A stretch of DNA of 64,000 nucleotides from Owenia fusiformis (taxonomy: Eukaryota). The stretch's first letter is position 1. The number at the start of each line of letters is the position of its first letter. Below the pieces are notes generated by a model. That model saw only the letters and a list, made by a program, of their open reading frames with translations, was not told the DNA's origin and did not search any database. The position numbers and the translations under genes are program-made. Location of the stretch: positions 41,726,001 through 41,790,000 of the forward strand of contig CAIIXF020000001.1 of the NCBI GenBank assembly GCA_903813345.2, read 5' to 3'. Below are positions 16,001-31,000 of the stretch, piece by piece.

Positions 16001-19000
16001 ACAATATGTTATAAATTGGTGAAGTTATTAATGATTCAAAGTGCAAAAATGAGTGAAAATGTTTAAATTCTCCCAAATAATAAGAGTGGTAACCATTCTT
16101 ATAGAAAGATAATATATTATTGTAAAAATCTTTAGTTTTCCTGAAATAAAGTGAGCACTTTGGGGATTTTTAGAAAATAGACATGAAAATGAATGACATA
16201 AGCCAGGAATATTCTAAAATTGAAACAATTTTTTGTAAGGCTGCTCGCTAGATCTGATTCTCTCTTTAGCTTCTTGATGACTCCTTTCTCATTTTTATTG
16301 AATCTTATATTCTGGGATCCATTTTGTGTTAACATAGTATAAATAAATAATGATTCATGAGATGAAGTTGTCTGCATGATGAAATCATAAAGTAAAATGC
16401 ATGTAAGGAATCTTAATTTACGTTAAGCTATTTGTGAAAGATAGACTCCTTGTGTTTCCTGTTTTTCTGTTTTATTCATCATGTTTGAGGAGATTAGAGA
16501 TGTAAATGATGTTCGATTATCTTTAATCCCATTGGCCTCAGATATATTTTATCTCACTCTGTGTAATAGCGTAGAATACAAATCTAGGTGTGATCCCATA
16601 CAATCAGAACGTGAGCTACTGTGAAACTAGGGAAATCATTCTTCAGTGTTAGTTAATCCTAAATTATTTCATGCCCAGGATAATTCCTCGACACTCTTCA
16701 TATGGGAATAGTAAAGTAATTACCTGTTATTTGTTTGAAATTGAAATTCCATTGGAGAATAACGCTGTAATAAATCCCTCCCTTTGAAATATCCAAAGGA
16801 TTTTACCAAATAACAAGAAAAGATGAAAGAGGTAAACAGCTGAAAAATTTCATCTCATGAAAAGAAAAGGCAACAAAATAATGTTTTCAGAATCATCAAA
16901 AGAAACATTTTATTTGTTAAGACTTGCCATTACAATGAGTAAAAGCAGAAGGAAAATAGATTTTTAGTTAGTAACTTTGTCATCGATTGATCCTTTGTAC
17001 CAAAAAAACATTACGACTTTCATTCTTAATATTAGTTTCACTAATTTATTTACAATTTTGATTGCCTGTAACAGCCAGAAGAAAAAAGGCAGACTTCAAA
17101 GTTGCAAAATTTTGCTGAAAATTCTGAAATTTAAGAATTTAATAAAATATAAGATTTTTTCATTTCATCTTAATTTGATTTTAACTGAAGGTTATATATT
17201 TTGACTCAAATTTTTTGCTTTTCAAGAAACTGTAGATCAAAGCTTAAAGTAACGTAAAAGCAAATGTTGACAGATTTTTAGAAAATTAAAACACATGTGT
17301 TCAATTTTATGTTTATAACACTGGGTTTTCTAATATAACATAATACAAGGAAGCAACTGTAAGCTATCTTATCAAGGTACGTAGAAGGTTGTTCGTTGAT
17401 AACCACATAGTTTATTGGAGTAAATCAGCCGTGCCTAATGATGCCTCTTCCTGAAGGTGAAGATTCGTCTGTCGTCATTGGAGAACTGTAACAGTTGTAG
17501 ACATTGCCGCCTGTAACTTGATGCAATTAGTGTGTGGCATAGAACACGACAATTGGATTATGGTACCCCTTGATAGGCATTTGTTGCGATTCGCTAAATT
17601 GGTTGCCTGTTAATAGGAGCTGTTGATCGAACTTCACATTTCCGAACATTCTTCAACTATTTTTGTTACATAATCAGGAGGAGAAGGATGTCTTAAAGCA
17701 AAAGGATGATGATTCAATCATTTTAGAAGGATGTCAAAGGTGTGCCTATGGATAAACATGTGTTTCCTCATGCAATCTTTAACTATTTTGTAGGAATGGA
17801 CACAACCATGATGACAATGAAGTATAAAGAAAGGAAAAATTCAAAAATGATTAAAACAGAAAAATGAATTCAATTTTATACTTGACACTGCAATTATTTT
17901 TCATATATATTTACATATTAAAACCAATTTAAAATACATAAAAAAGATGAACTCTTTTTGATGATTTTTTATTTTTGGTGTGTTACAGGAAATCAAGCAT
18001 GGATGGCCAGTTGTACTGTGAAGACCATATGCCAAACTCTAACATGCATCACACCACTTCAAGAACTACGGAACATGTCAATTCAGCTAAGGTAGGTCTG
18101 AGAGATAAGTACCATTTCTTGAGCCCAAAAAAGGACACTGACAATAATAAAGCTAATGCACAATGCAAATGTTTAGTGCATGCCAAATAATTTTTGTACC
18201 TTATAAGGTAAGTTTAGTGAATACGAATAAGTTCTAATTGCAGAAGGATTTTTAGTTTGTTATAACTGTTCAAACTGGTAAAAATACACATTTCTTACAT
18301 TTTCATATTATATTTTGATCGAGGTAAGAATTTCAAGTATAGCTATTACTCTTTTTATCAAAATAATATTAAATTCTTGTAATACATGTTAATTTCAAAT
18401 CTTATTTTCAATAGATTTTTGTCAATGTCAAGAAGTTCAAATCGTTTCATCTATAAAAAGATATTGTAGATCATTTGTAAACATGGAACACCTTGTATTA
18501 GACATGCAAATTACTCCGTAAATCATCATTGCAGAAGTATTTATGGAACTCTTCCCAAAGTTTAATTGGAACTATTTATCTCATGTTTGCTTCATTAGGC
18601 CATAAAGAAGCTAGAATAAGGGGAAGGATGCAATTTTGTTTGACAAATTACAAATTCATACATTGTTGAAAAACCTCAATCATGCCGTTGTAAATCACAA
18701 AGGAAAAATTAGACGGTACTAGAATAGTTAATACATCTCATAAAGAGACATTCTCAATATCAAATGGGAAATTTTTCTGGTTTAATAATAGCGAGGAACA
18801 TGTATCCTTTACTTTTTCAGGAATGATCTATGTACGATTATTTGTTGTTTCTAGCTGATTAATGTATTGATAATGTGTGGCAATTTTTTCCTAATTTTTT
18901 TCTCATTAGTTATTGGTTAATATATGGCTTACATGAAAGGTAAGCTTTTACAAGAATTAGGTAAATTCATATCCTATGTAAATTAAGAATCCCCGATGAA

Positions 19001-22000
19001 TAGCGAACGCATATATTCTATTTATCTGCACATTGATGACATTTGGGTGACATTCATTTGCGAACTCTTATTTAACTATCTTCATTAGGAAAATTCATGG
19101 GTTTAAAAATAGGTTACTTGCGTCACTGTTTCTGATGCTCTTAAATGGGAGTCACACTTTCTGACAATCTTCTTACCAATGAAAAGGAGTATTTTGTGAT
19201 TGGATATCATTTTGACTTGCGAGTGTGAGTTTGACTTAAGGAGTTAGCCTTTAATTTTAGATGCAATGATACTCAATGTTTAAATCAAATCGCATGCAAT
19301 AACATCAGCGTAAACATCGTGAAATCACATCATACGCTGACATTTTGCTCGTCAGTTTCTCTTTGCTGTTTTATATTTGGTCTTTAAATGGAGCAGCTTC
19401 TGGTACTACTGTTAATCATCATTTATTGCTCTCTGCCAAGTAAGAATATTTCTTGTGTCAGTTCCTTGTCTCATTTCTATCACACATACTTGAGCAGTCT
19501 AATCTTTCTGAATCCCATGGTCATGCATGCCCAACGACTCAGTGCTTTTTCTGTTATTTATGTCTTAGTACATTTTGTATCTACTTTGCAGTAATCTAAT
19601 ATTAGGCCCTTTTAGAAATAGGGACTGGGGTCAAAACATCAATCTCTTAATAAATTTTTGTTTTAGTTTCATTTTGTGACGCCATATTTTTATCTATTTC
19701 ACCCTTGGCTGCTATTTTGTAATTAGTTTGCTGGGTGAGTGGACTTATGCAAGCAGATGGGCATAGTGATTATTATGGTTTTATTTTCATTTGTATTTTT
19801 GATATATTTGGCTCATGTGGTTTACCTGTCAAATCACCCAATCATAGATTGTATGCGTGAGTTTCTGCTATTACAGCAAAAAAGGTTCCTATTTCTGGCT
19901 ATTTTTTGCATGTTGGGGTTCCTGACACCTGAGTCCTGTGAGAGTTAACAAAAGATGCTTCAGGGAGTGTCCATATTACACAGAAAATATGATATTATTG
20001 TTAGGCCTCTATTCACAAACAGAGCTATTGCCTATCTACCATAAATACTTAATAATTATACTCAGTTTTCATTTGATTTAAGATTCTCCCCAAATTGAGA
20101 GATCTATGACTGTGACAGTGCCCATGGTCTTGGCAAAGATCACGTGTTCTTATTTAATGAATGAAGAAACCTCACTGGTATATCATACATTATGACATGA
20201 AATAAGAATTGATGAACATTATCCTTAATTGCTTTGAACAATCAAAATTAATTTACATCACCAGATAAAACAAGACATACGAGAAATATCATTACAGGAT
20301 TTCATTACGTGATATTGTTCACTAAAAGAGGTTTATTTCATTTTTCCAAGGTGTCTTTGAAATCGAGCAATGAACTCTTTATGTAATGGATTAATCCTTT
20401 CATTGTTCAATACTCTAATCTTGCTAGAAAATCAACATCTGGAGTAAGTTACTATAATACAATTATTGAGAACCACCTTTCTCATAGTCATACAATACTA
20501 TATTGTGTTTTATTCAAAAGAATCGTTAGACCGTATTTTTGAAAATATATGAGTCTTTTAAAGTATTTCAAAATAAGATAATATACAATATGCGTTGCAA
20601 TTGATGTTGAGAAATATCAGTGTCAAAGAGTTTTAGATTATACTTTTTTGGTTTTTGGGTACCCTAATTTTTCATAAAGTTTGACTACTTTGGTAATGTT
20701 CCTTAGAGAATGATTTCATGATTCCATCTCTGTTGACCATATTGAATTCTTCTAGTGTATTATATGGGTTATATACTTCTCCATAATATATTTTCAATTT
20801 GACATTCTTTAGCGATTTGACCTTTTCTGCATCTTGGCCTACTTTAAAAATCACCACCAAAATAATTTGGATTGAAAGTCGTACATTTTTCACTTATCTT
20901 TCTTTTCCATGATTTGAGATAAGGCTCTGTTGGGAATAAGTTCACCTGGGAGGAAATAATCATCTAACATATATTATCTGTTTAGATAATCACCTGTTAT
21001 TTATCATGCTAACATTGGAATGCCCGATTACACTGGATGTTGAGGAGTACAGCAAATGCAGTAAGCACATCAGGCAACATTTGAAAACCCAAATATGATG
21101 TATTTGTTTTATTGACAATTGTGTTGAATCTGGGCACATTGAATAGATTATTTGGACAATAAACCAAATGAGCGGTTGTCAGCTAAATCAACAAAATCAG
21201 ACATTCAAAAAAGTTAAAAATATATTACCTTGATAATTCAAAATATTCATTCATTTGTTAGCATTTCAGTCAATTTTACAGCAGGCCATGAAAGTCAAAT
21301 GTAAGACATTTAAAATGCAAACATATATCTGGAAATTACAAAATTGAAATTTTAAATTACAAAATTGAAATAGTCTTTTTACATTTTCCACAGCTTGTAA
21401 ATTCATTAAAATAGCAGCATGCAAATTGGGAAATCCATTGGATTTCAGAAATAGATGTTGCTTTTGATAATAGTATCCAACAGCTTCTGTTGTATTTAAA
21501 AACATTGAAATTGATTTCATGTCGATTTCCATAAAAATAACAGTAATTGAAGGATGTGTTGGTTTGCTTTATGTTCTTATCGTAAAGTCATAGACAAATC
21601 ATTCAATAGTTTCTTCAGCATTACGGAAAGCGTTTATTAATTACATACAAAGTAAAAAAAAACGGTAAGACATTTTCGAAGAATAATATGTAACATATCC
21701 ATAAGACTATTTTCATATAAACGAGTGAAAACCTATATTTAACCATGTTTTCAACTTGTGCTTTTTTAATCTATTGGAACATACAATGTATGTAATGTGA
21801 ATAAACATATAAAATAAACTAAATAGCAAAGTGGCATTTTATCTTGGATTTAAATGTACACAATTGGTAAGTTTGTAATTTTGTCATCCTGATTATTCAG
21901 AATTTTATTTATTTGTAGAGGTTTAAATGAAATTTCCTGCTGACGAGCAACCAACATTTATTTCATAAAATCACACGAAAACTAGAGATCATTAAGGTGA

Positions 22001-25000
22001 CGGTCATCTTGGCATTAAAAGTGTAAATCATCTGCAAAAGGTAGAGGGTAGTGTAGCTAACTGATGAGAAACCAGGGTAAATTTTCACTAAAACATGAAG
22101 TAATAATCTATAAGACATTGTCAGAAGTGAAGTGATAGAATCATTTGACAATTCACTTTCATGTTTTATACCAATTTTATATCAATTTGAATTATGAATC
22201 ACATCTGGGATCAAGCGCTGACACTTTTATTAGATGTATTTAATAAACTTTGAAGAGAATTGGCAGCAAAATTGAACGCTCGTATGTCACATTGACATTC
22301 AATGGTGATTGATGATTCTATCGAAATATTATTAAAGATATTTTTGCATTTTTATATATTTTTACATATTCCATGCCCAGAAATGTATTTTATACCAATA
22401 TACTTTGTTACTATGGTGACCTATGTGAAATAATAAATTGTCAGGGGATTTGAAAAGCCCAGAAATGTGTTACATTAGATTGAATACAATTGAAGCTTCG
22501 GCAAATCTCTCCAATTTAAGTTAAAACACAATTTATCAATTGGACATTGGACACTATTCTCTAAAAGTTATATGGCTTAACATTTTATGCAGAGAAATAT
22601 GAGATATTTTTCTGGATTCCATCCCTTATTTTTTAGAAGTGAGGCCAGAACTTTAGCCTACAACTGTCTCGAAGGAAAAGTCTCTCTGCCTGTCATCAAC
22701 CCCCTCCCCCTTTCTAACATTTTGTTAATCAATAAAAAATGCATATTAAAATATTTTGAGATTTTGCAATGCATTTTGGGAAAATAAATGATGGTTATGG
22801 ATATAAAAAACTCATATCGAAATATTTTGAGATTTTTATTTGCAACCCATTTTCCATGTGAGAATAAGAAAATAATGACAGTAATAAATATATGGGATGA
22901 ATTGATTATATGCAAAACTGAGTTGATCAACTTGGAAAGTGTGATTTTGATGACAGTTCAATTAATTTGTTTTCACGGTTGCACTGGTTATAGTTCATCA
23001 TCCTTTTAATTGAAAACACTTAATGACCTTAGAATCTAGCTTAAAGATCTGATATTGTTATTAATTATCATACCACTGAACTTGTAGTTTGAGGCTCACT
23101 GCAGCAAGTAGTCTTGCATGAAATCCTGCACCTGATGCAAGACCATGTTATTTATCTTACATGTCAGTGTATGTCCATGGGGAAGAGAAATGGAATGGAG
23201 GTATGGAGGGAGGGAGATGAAGAGAGAGGGGAAATTGAAAGGGACGGAGAGAGAGGGAGGAAGGAAGGGGAGAGAGAGGGAAAGAGACAGGGATGAAGAA
23301 AGACAGAGGGGTAAGGGAAGAGGGGGAAGAGAAAGGGACGGGGAGAGAGAGGGGCAAAGAGCAAGCGATGGGGAGAGGGGGAAGGAAGATAGAGAAACTG
23401 AGAGAAATTAGATAGATTAAAAGGGAGGGAGAGATAGAGGGAAAAGGAGGGGAGAGAGAGCTGTTCATTTATATAATTTGTTTTCCAATTTATTCAAACG
23501 TACCAGGCATCAAGGTAATCTTGCAAGTATCTTTCATTTCTATGTTATAATAATTAGATATGTAAGACCTTGCTATAAAAAATTATATTTACATAAGCCT
23601 TTAACAGAAACATAAATATTCCTCAGTCAAACAGCAAATTAATATACCACTCCATGAATTATCATATGTGCCAATCAAGATAGGTTTCATTGTAAGTATC
23701 ATTGAGCAAAGTTTGTGTGGAAGGCAACAGCTTGGTTAAATCCAGTCTACCATAAAATGTATGTTTTCATAAAATGTTTTTGCAAAAATTTGCAAATATC
23801 ATCTCTCCTTCAGTCATTGTCAATGATCTTATAAAACATTTAATGTTTATAAACAGGATTGTTAAGATTTTTATGTGATTTGAATTTCATTGTTTTTTTC
23901 AATATATCATTAAGGTCATAGCTCTTCTCTGACATTTAGCGGATGAGTGCTTGAATAGTGATTTTGCATCAGCAACAGTTTTTTTACAATCAATATATAT
24001 TCATTTTTATTTCAACTGTGGATCTGCTGTGTTAACACAACATTATTGGTTTTATACAAGTAAACAACTGAGACAGACATATTAATCTCTGCTATCATGA
24101 CAATCGGAATTCTAACCACAAACTGACGCAAGACTACACATATCGAAGTGGATCTGATTGAAAAAGTAAAATAATTGATGTGTGCAGTGACAGTTTTATC
24201 TAAATGAGTTGTGAATCACAGCAAGATTTGCTGGGTTTAAAACTAACTGCTCAATTTCTTGCTGTTCCAGTCTTGACGAAAAATTTTAAGGTAGGCAAAA
24301 ATGTTTCAGGAGGATTCCAATTGAAGAATTTGTTTCAAAATAAAAGTTGAAATAAGTAGTTTTGGGGCCGAATTATTGGGGTGTGTTGAATAGGGTATTA
24401 TTTATAATATCTCATTGATGGCGCAAAGTTGATGGTGAACAATATAAGGTATTCTAATTTATATCATTGTGGTATATTTTAGCCTTTAGGACAAGAAATG
24501 GGCAGTGAGCCCCCTTACACAATCAAATACCTTAATGAGTTTTCTGATGTATTTTCAGACACAAGATTTATTTGAGATGTTGGAAAAGCTCCAAGGCAAG
24601 AGAATTGATGACCAGCGTTGTGATATGCCTTCACTCAATGTAAGTCACAACACATGCTTTTATCACAATAGGTAGTCTTGCATCAAGCCCCTGTGTCACC
24701 TTGTTTTGCCTTGTTTGGAATATACAATGGAGGTAGGATGATTAGAGACTTGATGCTAGACTCCATAACCTTGATTCTTGTATACATGCAGCCCGTACTC
24801 AAGAAAAGGGATACCTGAGTTCATTGAAAAATGAGAGGACCACGTGGGCATGTTCCCCAAAAATATCATTAATTACAATTCTGAATTTCATTTGTTTTTT
24901 AAAAGTAACAATGGGAATCTTGTAAAAGAATATTCAATATCCAAAATGCGAATTCGCAATACTTTTGGGAAATGGCTTCCAGAATAAGTTGCAGTTTGCA

Positions 25001-28000
25001 TCGGAGGGACTAGTTTCTGATGGAGTGTTGTATTGGAATGTATTGTTCATTGCTAATGAAGTCATATTGTTTGTGGTTAGCCACTTCCTCTAATATGTTT
25101 ATCTTCCTGCAAACCAGCAACGGACAGAAGTGTTCTAACCTGAATGTTGTCTCCAGTGGGTGGTGGAAAATGCTCATTTTCACTTAATGATTTTCTTCAT
25201 TTTCAATAAGGACATACCATTTTAAAGTTGACACTAGATAATTTTCAAGTTTTTTGAGTTTTCCTAATTTCAATTGGTTGCAGTGTTAACTTAAACAAAA
25301 ACTGGGAGATTGCTGAATATGAGAGTGTCTTGGAAGTCTGCAACTAGCAAAATGCAGAAGACCTTCTCATTGACGAGTAAACTCAAAGTTTTGAGATGGT
25401 AAATGATGAGGGTCTTGTAGATCAGGAATAAGATATCAATATGCTCCATCTGGGACTTGAGACCTTGTAGATAATATCTGTAACACAGCAAATGAGAGAG
25501 TCAAATGTTTCAATGCAAAATATAATGCAGCAATGTGAAAATTGCCATGAGGAATACTGGTGTTATTGGTTTGATTATAATTAGAAAATGGGAGTTTTCT
25601 TATTCTAGGCAGATATGATGTGGTCACATTGTTATCCCCTTGGCTTAGATCATGAATGTATCACATTATATTTATATAAGTTACTTTTCTCTATTTCTAT
25701 ATTACCTAGATATTTTATAATGAAAATTATACTCTTGTGATCTAATTTGTAGAAATGAACACCCTGAAAGAGCCCTCTTTAATACTAAATAACCCACTTT
25801 AACCAATTAACCCAGCTCACATATTACACATCTGATCCTCATGTTATTGTTGGTTTAGTATTTCTTGGTATTGGTCATTAATAGTAATTGCTCCAATAAT
25901 ATAACAATAAAAGTAAGCCATACACATGTGTATAAAAAGGTAATTGTAATATGTTCACCTCAGAAGGTCATCTAAGTTAGGTGACCGATTAATTCCAACC
26001 ATTCTGTTGTTTTCACGCTCATGTAAATATCTGCAATAAATCTGTTGTTTCATTTTGGTTACTGCTTTTCAAATGGATCCGCTTTTCAAATGGATCTGCT
26101 TCATCAGTTTATCTACATTAGCAAGACTTTTGCCACCATTAGGATGACAATAATGAAAATAAAGTCAGCTGAAATGTTTTTTCATCAGTAAAAGCCATTA
26201 CATTGATAAGACATAGAAATAAACCGCTGTTAGGAAATAAAGGATGGATGTCCCTCATACAAGACTTACGCGTTAATATCATTTCTGAATAAGCAACATT
26301 TCAAGAGGACTCAATCAAATGATGTTCTTGTAAACCACGATTTTGTGGACATTTTTTATCTTTTGTTCATTTGAGATTAGAACTTGACTCTCCATGGCTT
26401 GCAGTTCTTGTGTGTTTTGGAAAGATCGAACACTGTTGCATATTTAAGATAAGATGAGACGGACCTACATGACTTGCATACAAACTAGCTCCATTATACA
26501 AAGTGATTCTTTTATACAAATCTGTCTTGTTTCAAAAATGTTCCACCAATCTCCTCCTATACAGTAATACATTTATCTTCATTTATTACGCTGAAAGCTT
26601 CTTAGAAAATCCCCTTGACTTGATCTTGATTTGAATTTTATAGGGTTTGCCTTGATGGATGATGGTAATAGGGATAGGAGATAATGGCTGATACATATCA
26701 ATGGAAAATTAGACATTCTAAAACTGTCCACTTGGACAGACTCATTAGTTGAAAGAAAGGAATGAAACGCATACAAAATCTCATTTCAGAAAATTGTTCA
26801 TGAACACATGCATGTACAATGTCTCATATTTGATCTTTTATATTTTGAAATCTTTACTATTCACATAGTTCCAGAACCTGATTCTGTATAAGGCGTAGCT
26901 GGTCTATAGCCTGTAAGTCATGACTTCACTTTCACCAGCTCCTTCCTCCCAATAATTTGTATTGGTATTCAATTTCATGGTTTTGTAATCTTGCATTTTA
27001 AGGATGGTCTGCCATCCTATTTTTCTTATGGAAACATGCCAAAGTCATTATATCCTTAATATAAAGAGGACTTAAATTTTAAAAATTGACTACATCTTAA
27101 AAAGGATGACTGCTTTAAAATTTACATGTCTGTTTACTGGATGAAGGGGTATGCTGAGGGCAATAAAGATTAATGAATGGGCCTAATTAGACAGCCACAA
27201 AGCACTCTTCATTGTGGGTTTTCCCAACCTGTACTATCTCGATCTCTCAAGCATTGGGGGGCTTTGTTCGTTTGTCAGTCATGAAACAGTAAATTTTTGT
27301 ACTCTTTTGTACTCTTTTGCGCCTTAATCATCAATCTTGCTTTTCCCTTTAATCAACAATGTAATTTTCTCATAGCTTGTTTACAAAACAATTTATTGAT
27401 TTCCCCACCATATTTTTTGTGCATGCATGTGCAGGTGACCTTGATTCTTTGAACTTTGTGTACGCTGATGGAGAATGTGACAACATCTTTCCAGTTGATG
27501 TGGTGTTATGACTTTAAAGTAAACAATTGTAAAAATCCAACTCCGTATTAAAAGGGGATGCTACCAAGCTAGACATCTATAACAAACAATAGAGGAATCA
27601 TGATTTAGGGTGTCGTGACTGATGAAATGAGCATAGCCTAGATAAAGAAAGACTCTGATAAATCAAAATGAACCCTCTTACATTATGTTGAAAGATTGAG
27701 AAGGAAAGAGTTGGACGGAGATGCCTTGATTAACCAGGATGTTACTTAGAGTGTGATAAACCTCATTGTATTTTATAGGCTTGTTTACAATTGGCATCTT
27801 CCAAACACACAAACAAACATAAAACAATACTAATACACTACATTTTGATTTTAGATTTTAACCTGAAATATTTGAAGCTCGTTGTGCCCATATTTGGCAA
27901 TATATAGTTTCCTCTCCATAACTCTGATAGCATTGAACTACGTAACTAAATATTAATATTGATTTACAGGCACATGAGTTGTTTGAGTCTCTGTTGCGGT

Positions 28001-31000
28001 TTCAAGCCATTCGGATGGATGACCAGAGGTGTCACATGCCTCTGTCACCCAATCAGGTGACTGCATATGATCACATGATCAATGACATCATAAATGTTGT
28101 TGTTTTGCTTTTACGCTTCAAACGTTCACAATTGATATATTTTCTCAATAATGATATAGTTCAGATGAGATACTGAGACATTTAAAGCACTTTGACAACT
28201 TGCTATCTAGAAATATTTTAATTGAGAAATTATGTCAGTAATGGATTTTTCCGAAGAAACAGCTTATTGTAGAAATGCTGCTGATGTCATACATGTTTTG
28301 ATGATGTCATATATGTTTATATCATATCTGGTTGTTTTGAAAGCTGATATACATGTACTCTAGTTGCTTATCAGTCCGTGTAATTGTTTTTTATGCGATG
28401 ACGACATTATTCAATAATTCAGATTGCTTTGTTATGATTATTTTGAATACGCTTTAATGTTGTATGTAAGAATTGAGACAATACAACCTTGTATTGTATA
28501 CAATATTGATATCTTTTTTTTCAGTTTAAATCTGTCATTAATTTGTACTTTGATGTAAATGTAGAAAATGTCATTTAGATTGTTTTATTGACACTTTGCA
28601 TTCTCAGATCCTGCCTGGGATCTTGCGTTTATAGCACTCTTATTTCGCATGGAGATTAGGATAGGGAAATTAAATGATGTTTAGCATTATTATTTTTATA
28701 GAAGGATAAAGGTTTTGTTTTTTATCATATTAGTAATATCTCCTTGGAGCATCTTATGTCCAATGAAATTTATAATTTTTTTGTCAAAATAGGTGACTTT
28801 ATATGATAGCGCTTTTCTATAAATGCTACATTGATGTTATAGATTTTAGTATATAGTCTTGAAATGTGAAGGAATATGCTGAACTCTTTTGTCACTCTAG
28901 CCTTATAAAGTATCCATTTTCTATATAAGAACTATTGTATCTTAAGCAAATGGGATTTGTGACATATAATATCTCGATCACTTGTTCGTGTGTGATTATC
29001 ATCTTATGGTTTATTATTCAAAGTAAAAACTCTATTTCTAAGACAATTGTTTTTCTTATTGTTATTTGCCATACATCATATATGTTTTTATTTGGGTTAA
29101 GTTTGATATACCTCATTACTCATTAATCATTTTGATTTGTAATAATTACATGCAACAGTTGTATAGTTTGTCATTCTTTGTGAGCTGTGATGTGAGCCAG
29201 ACTGTCAGTATGCATTACAGACTGTCAGTATGCATTACACATAATATCATTCACAATTATAATATTTACATTGTTTGATTAATGGAAAATCTGGTTGAAT
29301 GATTTCATTTCATCAATTAGTTTTACGTCTGAATAAACAGTTAGGCGATTGTATGTCGTAGGAAATGCCTGTGAGAAGCCATTGTGGCTGTTGATTTCTA
29401 CTGTCACCTTTTGAAAAATAAAAAAATGTATTGTGTTCCTCGGGGCTCAAATGTCAATACAGTATTATATAGATTTCCAAGAATATTGATCACATTATTA
29501 CACTCAGATCTGATTTCCAGATGTTTCCGAGTAATAAACCTTGGAGCCCTGGGTGACATGATTTCTTTTCTTGTGTGACTCATGCAATAAATAAATAACT
29601 CGAATATACAAAATTAAGTTTAAGATGCTGTAATGTCTGGTTGAGAACATCAAATAGATATTTGAATTACTTGAGAAGAAAACTGAGAGCTATTGAAATT
29701 AAATCACCATGACACATGAGATTATTAGTATAGTGACACATCATTGTGTGATGACACATCATATTGACTCAGTCATCTGATTTCAAGTTAGATCAATCAA
29801 AATATCCAGGTTCAATTGACCATTTAATAAGAAAAAAAGAAATCTTCAGATGATGTCATTTTGCACCAATTAATCCTTTCAATATTTGATCCTTAAATAC
29901 CCAGAGTGACGAGAGAAAACTAGTGACAGAAGAGAGAAAACTAGTGACAGAAATTGTAATGCATGGCAATATTTATCTAAGTTACATAAAAAAAGCAATT
30001 GTATTCAAGATTGCACATGTATAATATTCAGTGTAATAGTGCATTGGTACTTGTATGTTTGCCCCATATAGGTGATTTAAGATCATAGATAACGATAGGC
30101 TATAACATTGCCGTTGTTTGAAAAGGTGTTTATTAGCATTATATTTATATTATTAACATCCAGTGAACATAGAAAACCATGGAGGTCCTGAAAAAACACT
30201 TGATATAAAGTACAATAACTACATAATTGTGCAATAACTATGTAGTTATACATTATTATACAATAACTACATATTTCTACAATAAATAAATAATTATACA
30301 TTAACTACATTATTGTACATTAGTTCCATTGTTATACAATAACTGCATAATTATGCAATAACTACATACTTATACATTAACAATATTTTTATACAATAAC
30401 TACATAATTATATATTAACACCATTATTATAAAATAACTACATAAATATACAATAACCACATAATTAAACAATGTCTACATAAACAGAAATACCTGCAGC
30501 AGAAGGATCAGGAGGCAATATTTGAAGAAAATAAACACATATGTCATACTCATGATTAGACTCGTTCCTTCCTGATGTCTGGCTCGGAAAGAACTGTTAT
30601 TGAATTATTTCACTGGCAGATTAAACAAGCAAGATTATAGCAAGACTGGCAGTATTAATTAAGCAAGTATTTAATGTCAATGTGAATGATAAATTACACA
30701 ATCCATAATTCCATTGTTGAAGATGTTTTATATCCAGATTGATTATCTCATTCTCATTATGATTCAATAAAATCATGCATGAATGATTGGGAAAAGTGAT
30801 TTCCCAAGCACTGACGAAGCTATCAGGCACAGTATCTTTTTGTGAGTGTGACCTTTCTCCCAGTTGAATATCTATTTGCACCCATGGTGATTGATTCAAA
30901 TGGAAATATTTTCACTAGTTTGGATGTTTATTAGAATAGGCATTAGGCAAGGTGAGAATTTCGCTCCGAGTTGAGGAAAAACCTGCGAGAACATTGTAAA

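Noticed and set aside
23114..23468. Arg/Glu/Gly-rich and Ser/Pro/Leu-rich ORFs
   Set aside because: Artefacts of the polypurine tract.
23507..23514. Possible 8-nt microexon (cag|gcatcaag|gtaatc)
   Set aside because: It would frameshift between the flanking phase-0 exons.
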